Of a DNA stretch of 64,000 nt, positions 63,074-64,000 are shown piece after piece. Origin of the DNA: Stegostoma tigrinum (taxonomy: Eukaryota). The notes beneath the pieces were generated by a model. It worked only from the letters and a program-made list of their open reading frames with translations, ran no database searches and was not told the DNA's origin. Where the stretch lies: NCBI RefSeq assembly GCF_030684315.1, contig NC_081383.1, positions 19,947,942 to 20,011,941 on the forward strand, read 5' to 3'. Position numbers and translations under genes: made by a program. Within the stretch, counting starts at the first letter, position 1. The number at the start of each line of letters is the position of its first letter.

Positions 63074-64000
63074 TTCTCAGTTCATAGCTTTTTGGGAGTT
63101 TGGTCACTGCAGATGGATGAGATTAAGATCATCATAGAAGGAAGACAGGAGAGGTTAGGGGAAAAGTTTTACTTTATTTTAGAACAAGTATTGAGCTTTG
63201 AGGAATAGAAGTGGAAAATGAATCAGCGTTTCTTTTTGATGGGAATTGGATTAATATTCAAAAGCCAATTTTTTTAAAAAAATGCAGTGAATGGGACTGG
63301 AAAGTGAAATTTTTCACAGTAGGGACAGCAGTGCTGGAAAAATGTATGATTAAATTGGGATGTCCCACATTTTTATTTGATTATTAAAGCTGCTTAACTA
63401 CTTTCAGTTTCATTTCAGTTTGATGTATCCTTGTCTTGACAAGCACAAAATTGTCTTTTCACGGTACTGATAGAAATAGTTCCTCCAAAATCAAGTAGGA
63501 CAAGTTTCATCATTTGAAACCTGGGTGAATTATGTTTTTGATTTGGAAATGCCAGCCCATTATCATTGCAGATTTTGTCTTCCAGTTCACTGTGTTTGAA
63601 TAGTGCAAAGTCTGCTAAGGAAATGTCAGACAAGAAATGAGACACTAACGATTTGGGGGAAGCTGATTCGAGAGTGATGCAGTACTGTGGCTCCCATAGT
63701 AATTTTACTCTGTTTTATCGATGCAGTCTGCTCACTGTAGGGTGTGTATTGTAGGAATAAGATACAAAACCATCATTTTACTTTTAAAGGCATGTTCAGC
63801 TGATTGAAAACCCTCCCTTTATTTTAAAATCATTCTGCACTCCTTGCTTCTCAGTTCCTTGATGTATCCGTCTCAGCTGGTAGTTTGCTGGTGGAATTTA
63901 AACACCATGATCGACTTGATAAATCACGTGGTTTATTTTTGTGTAATTAATACAAACTTTTTAGGAGCTTATAAAGCGAATTAGAGTGGCACAAATGGCT

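Overview
Vertebrate genomic DNA, almost certainly a cartilaginous fish (shark). This is inferred from HE1-type V-SINEs, Deu-domain SINEs, abundant CR1-clade LINEs and Penelope-like elements. The left part holds the 5' four coding exons of CACTIN (minus strand; 11346-10819, 8267-8172, 3585-3440, 2247-2085; the gene continues left of the window) with its CpG-island promoter. Immediately upstream lies a four-exon minus-strand gene I cannot name (about 295 aa; 31063-30813, 18708-18507, 15070-15004, 13498-13131). All its splice phases match, and a compact CRE/E2F-CHR/RFX X-box/CCAAT motif cluster suggests germline or ciliated-cell expression. A TATA box plus a GTAAGT donor near 51.1 kb suggests a further, unidentified plus-strand transcription unit. 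The rest is mostly transposon-derived: young and old CR1 LINEs, RTE and L2 fragments, Neptune- and Poseidon-type Penelope elements (one nested in the other with a TSD), two intron-containing Harbinger Myb-gene relics and a pogo-like relic. There are also many 130-240 bp fold-back mini-elements made of Penelope termini, which carry minimal hammerhead-ribozyme motifs and are flanked by 13-16 bp target-site duplications. Repeat boundaries are approximate and were read by eye.
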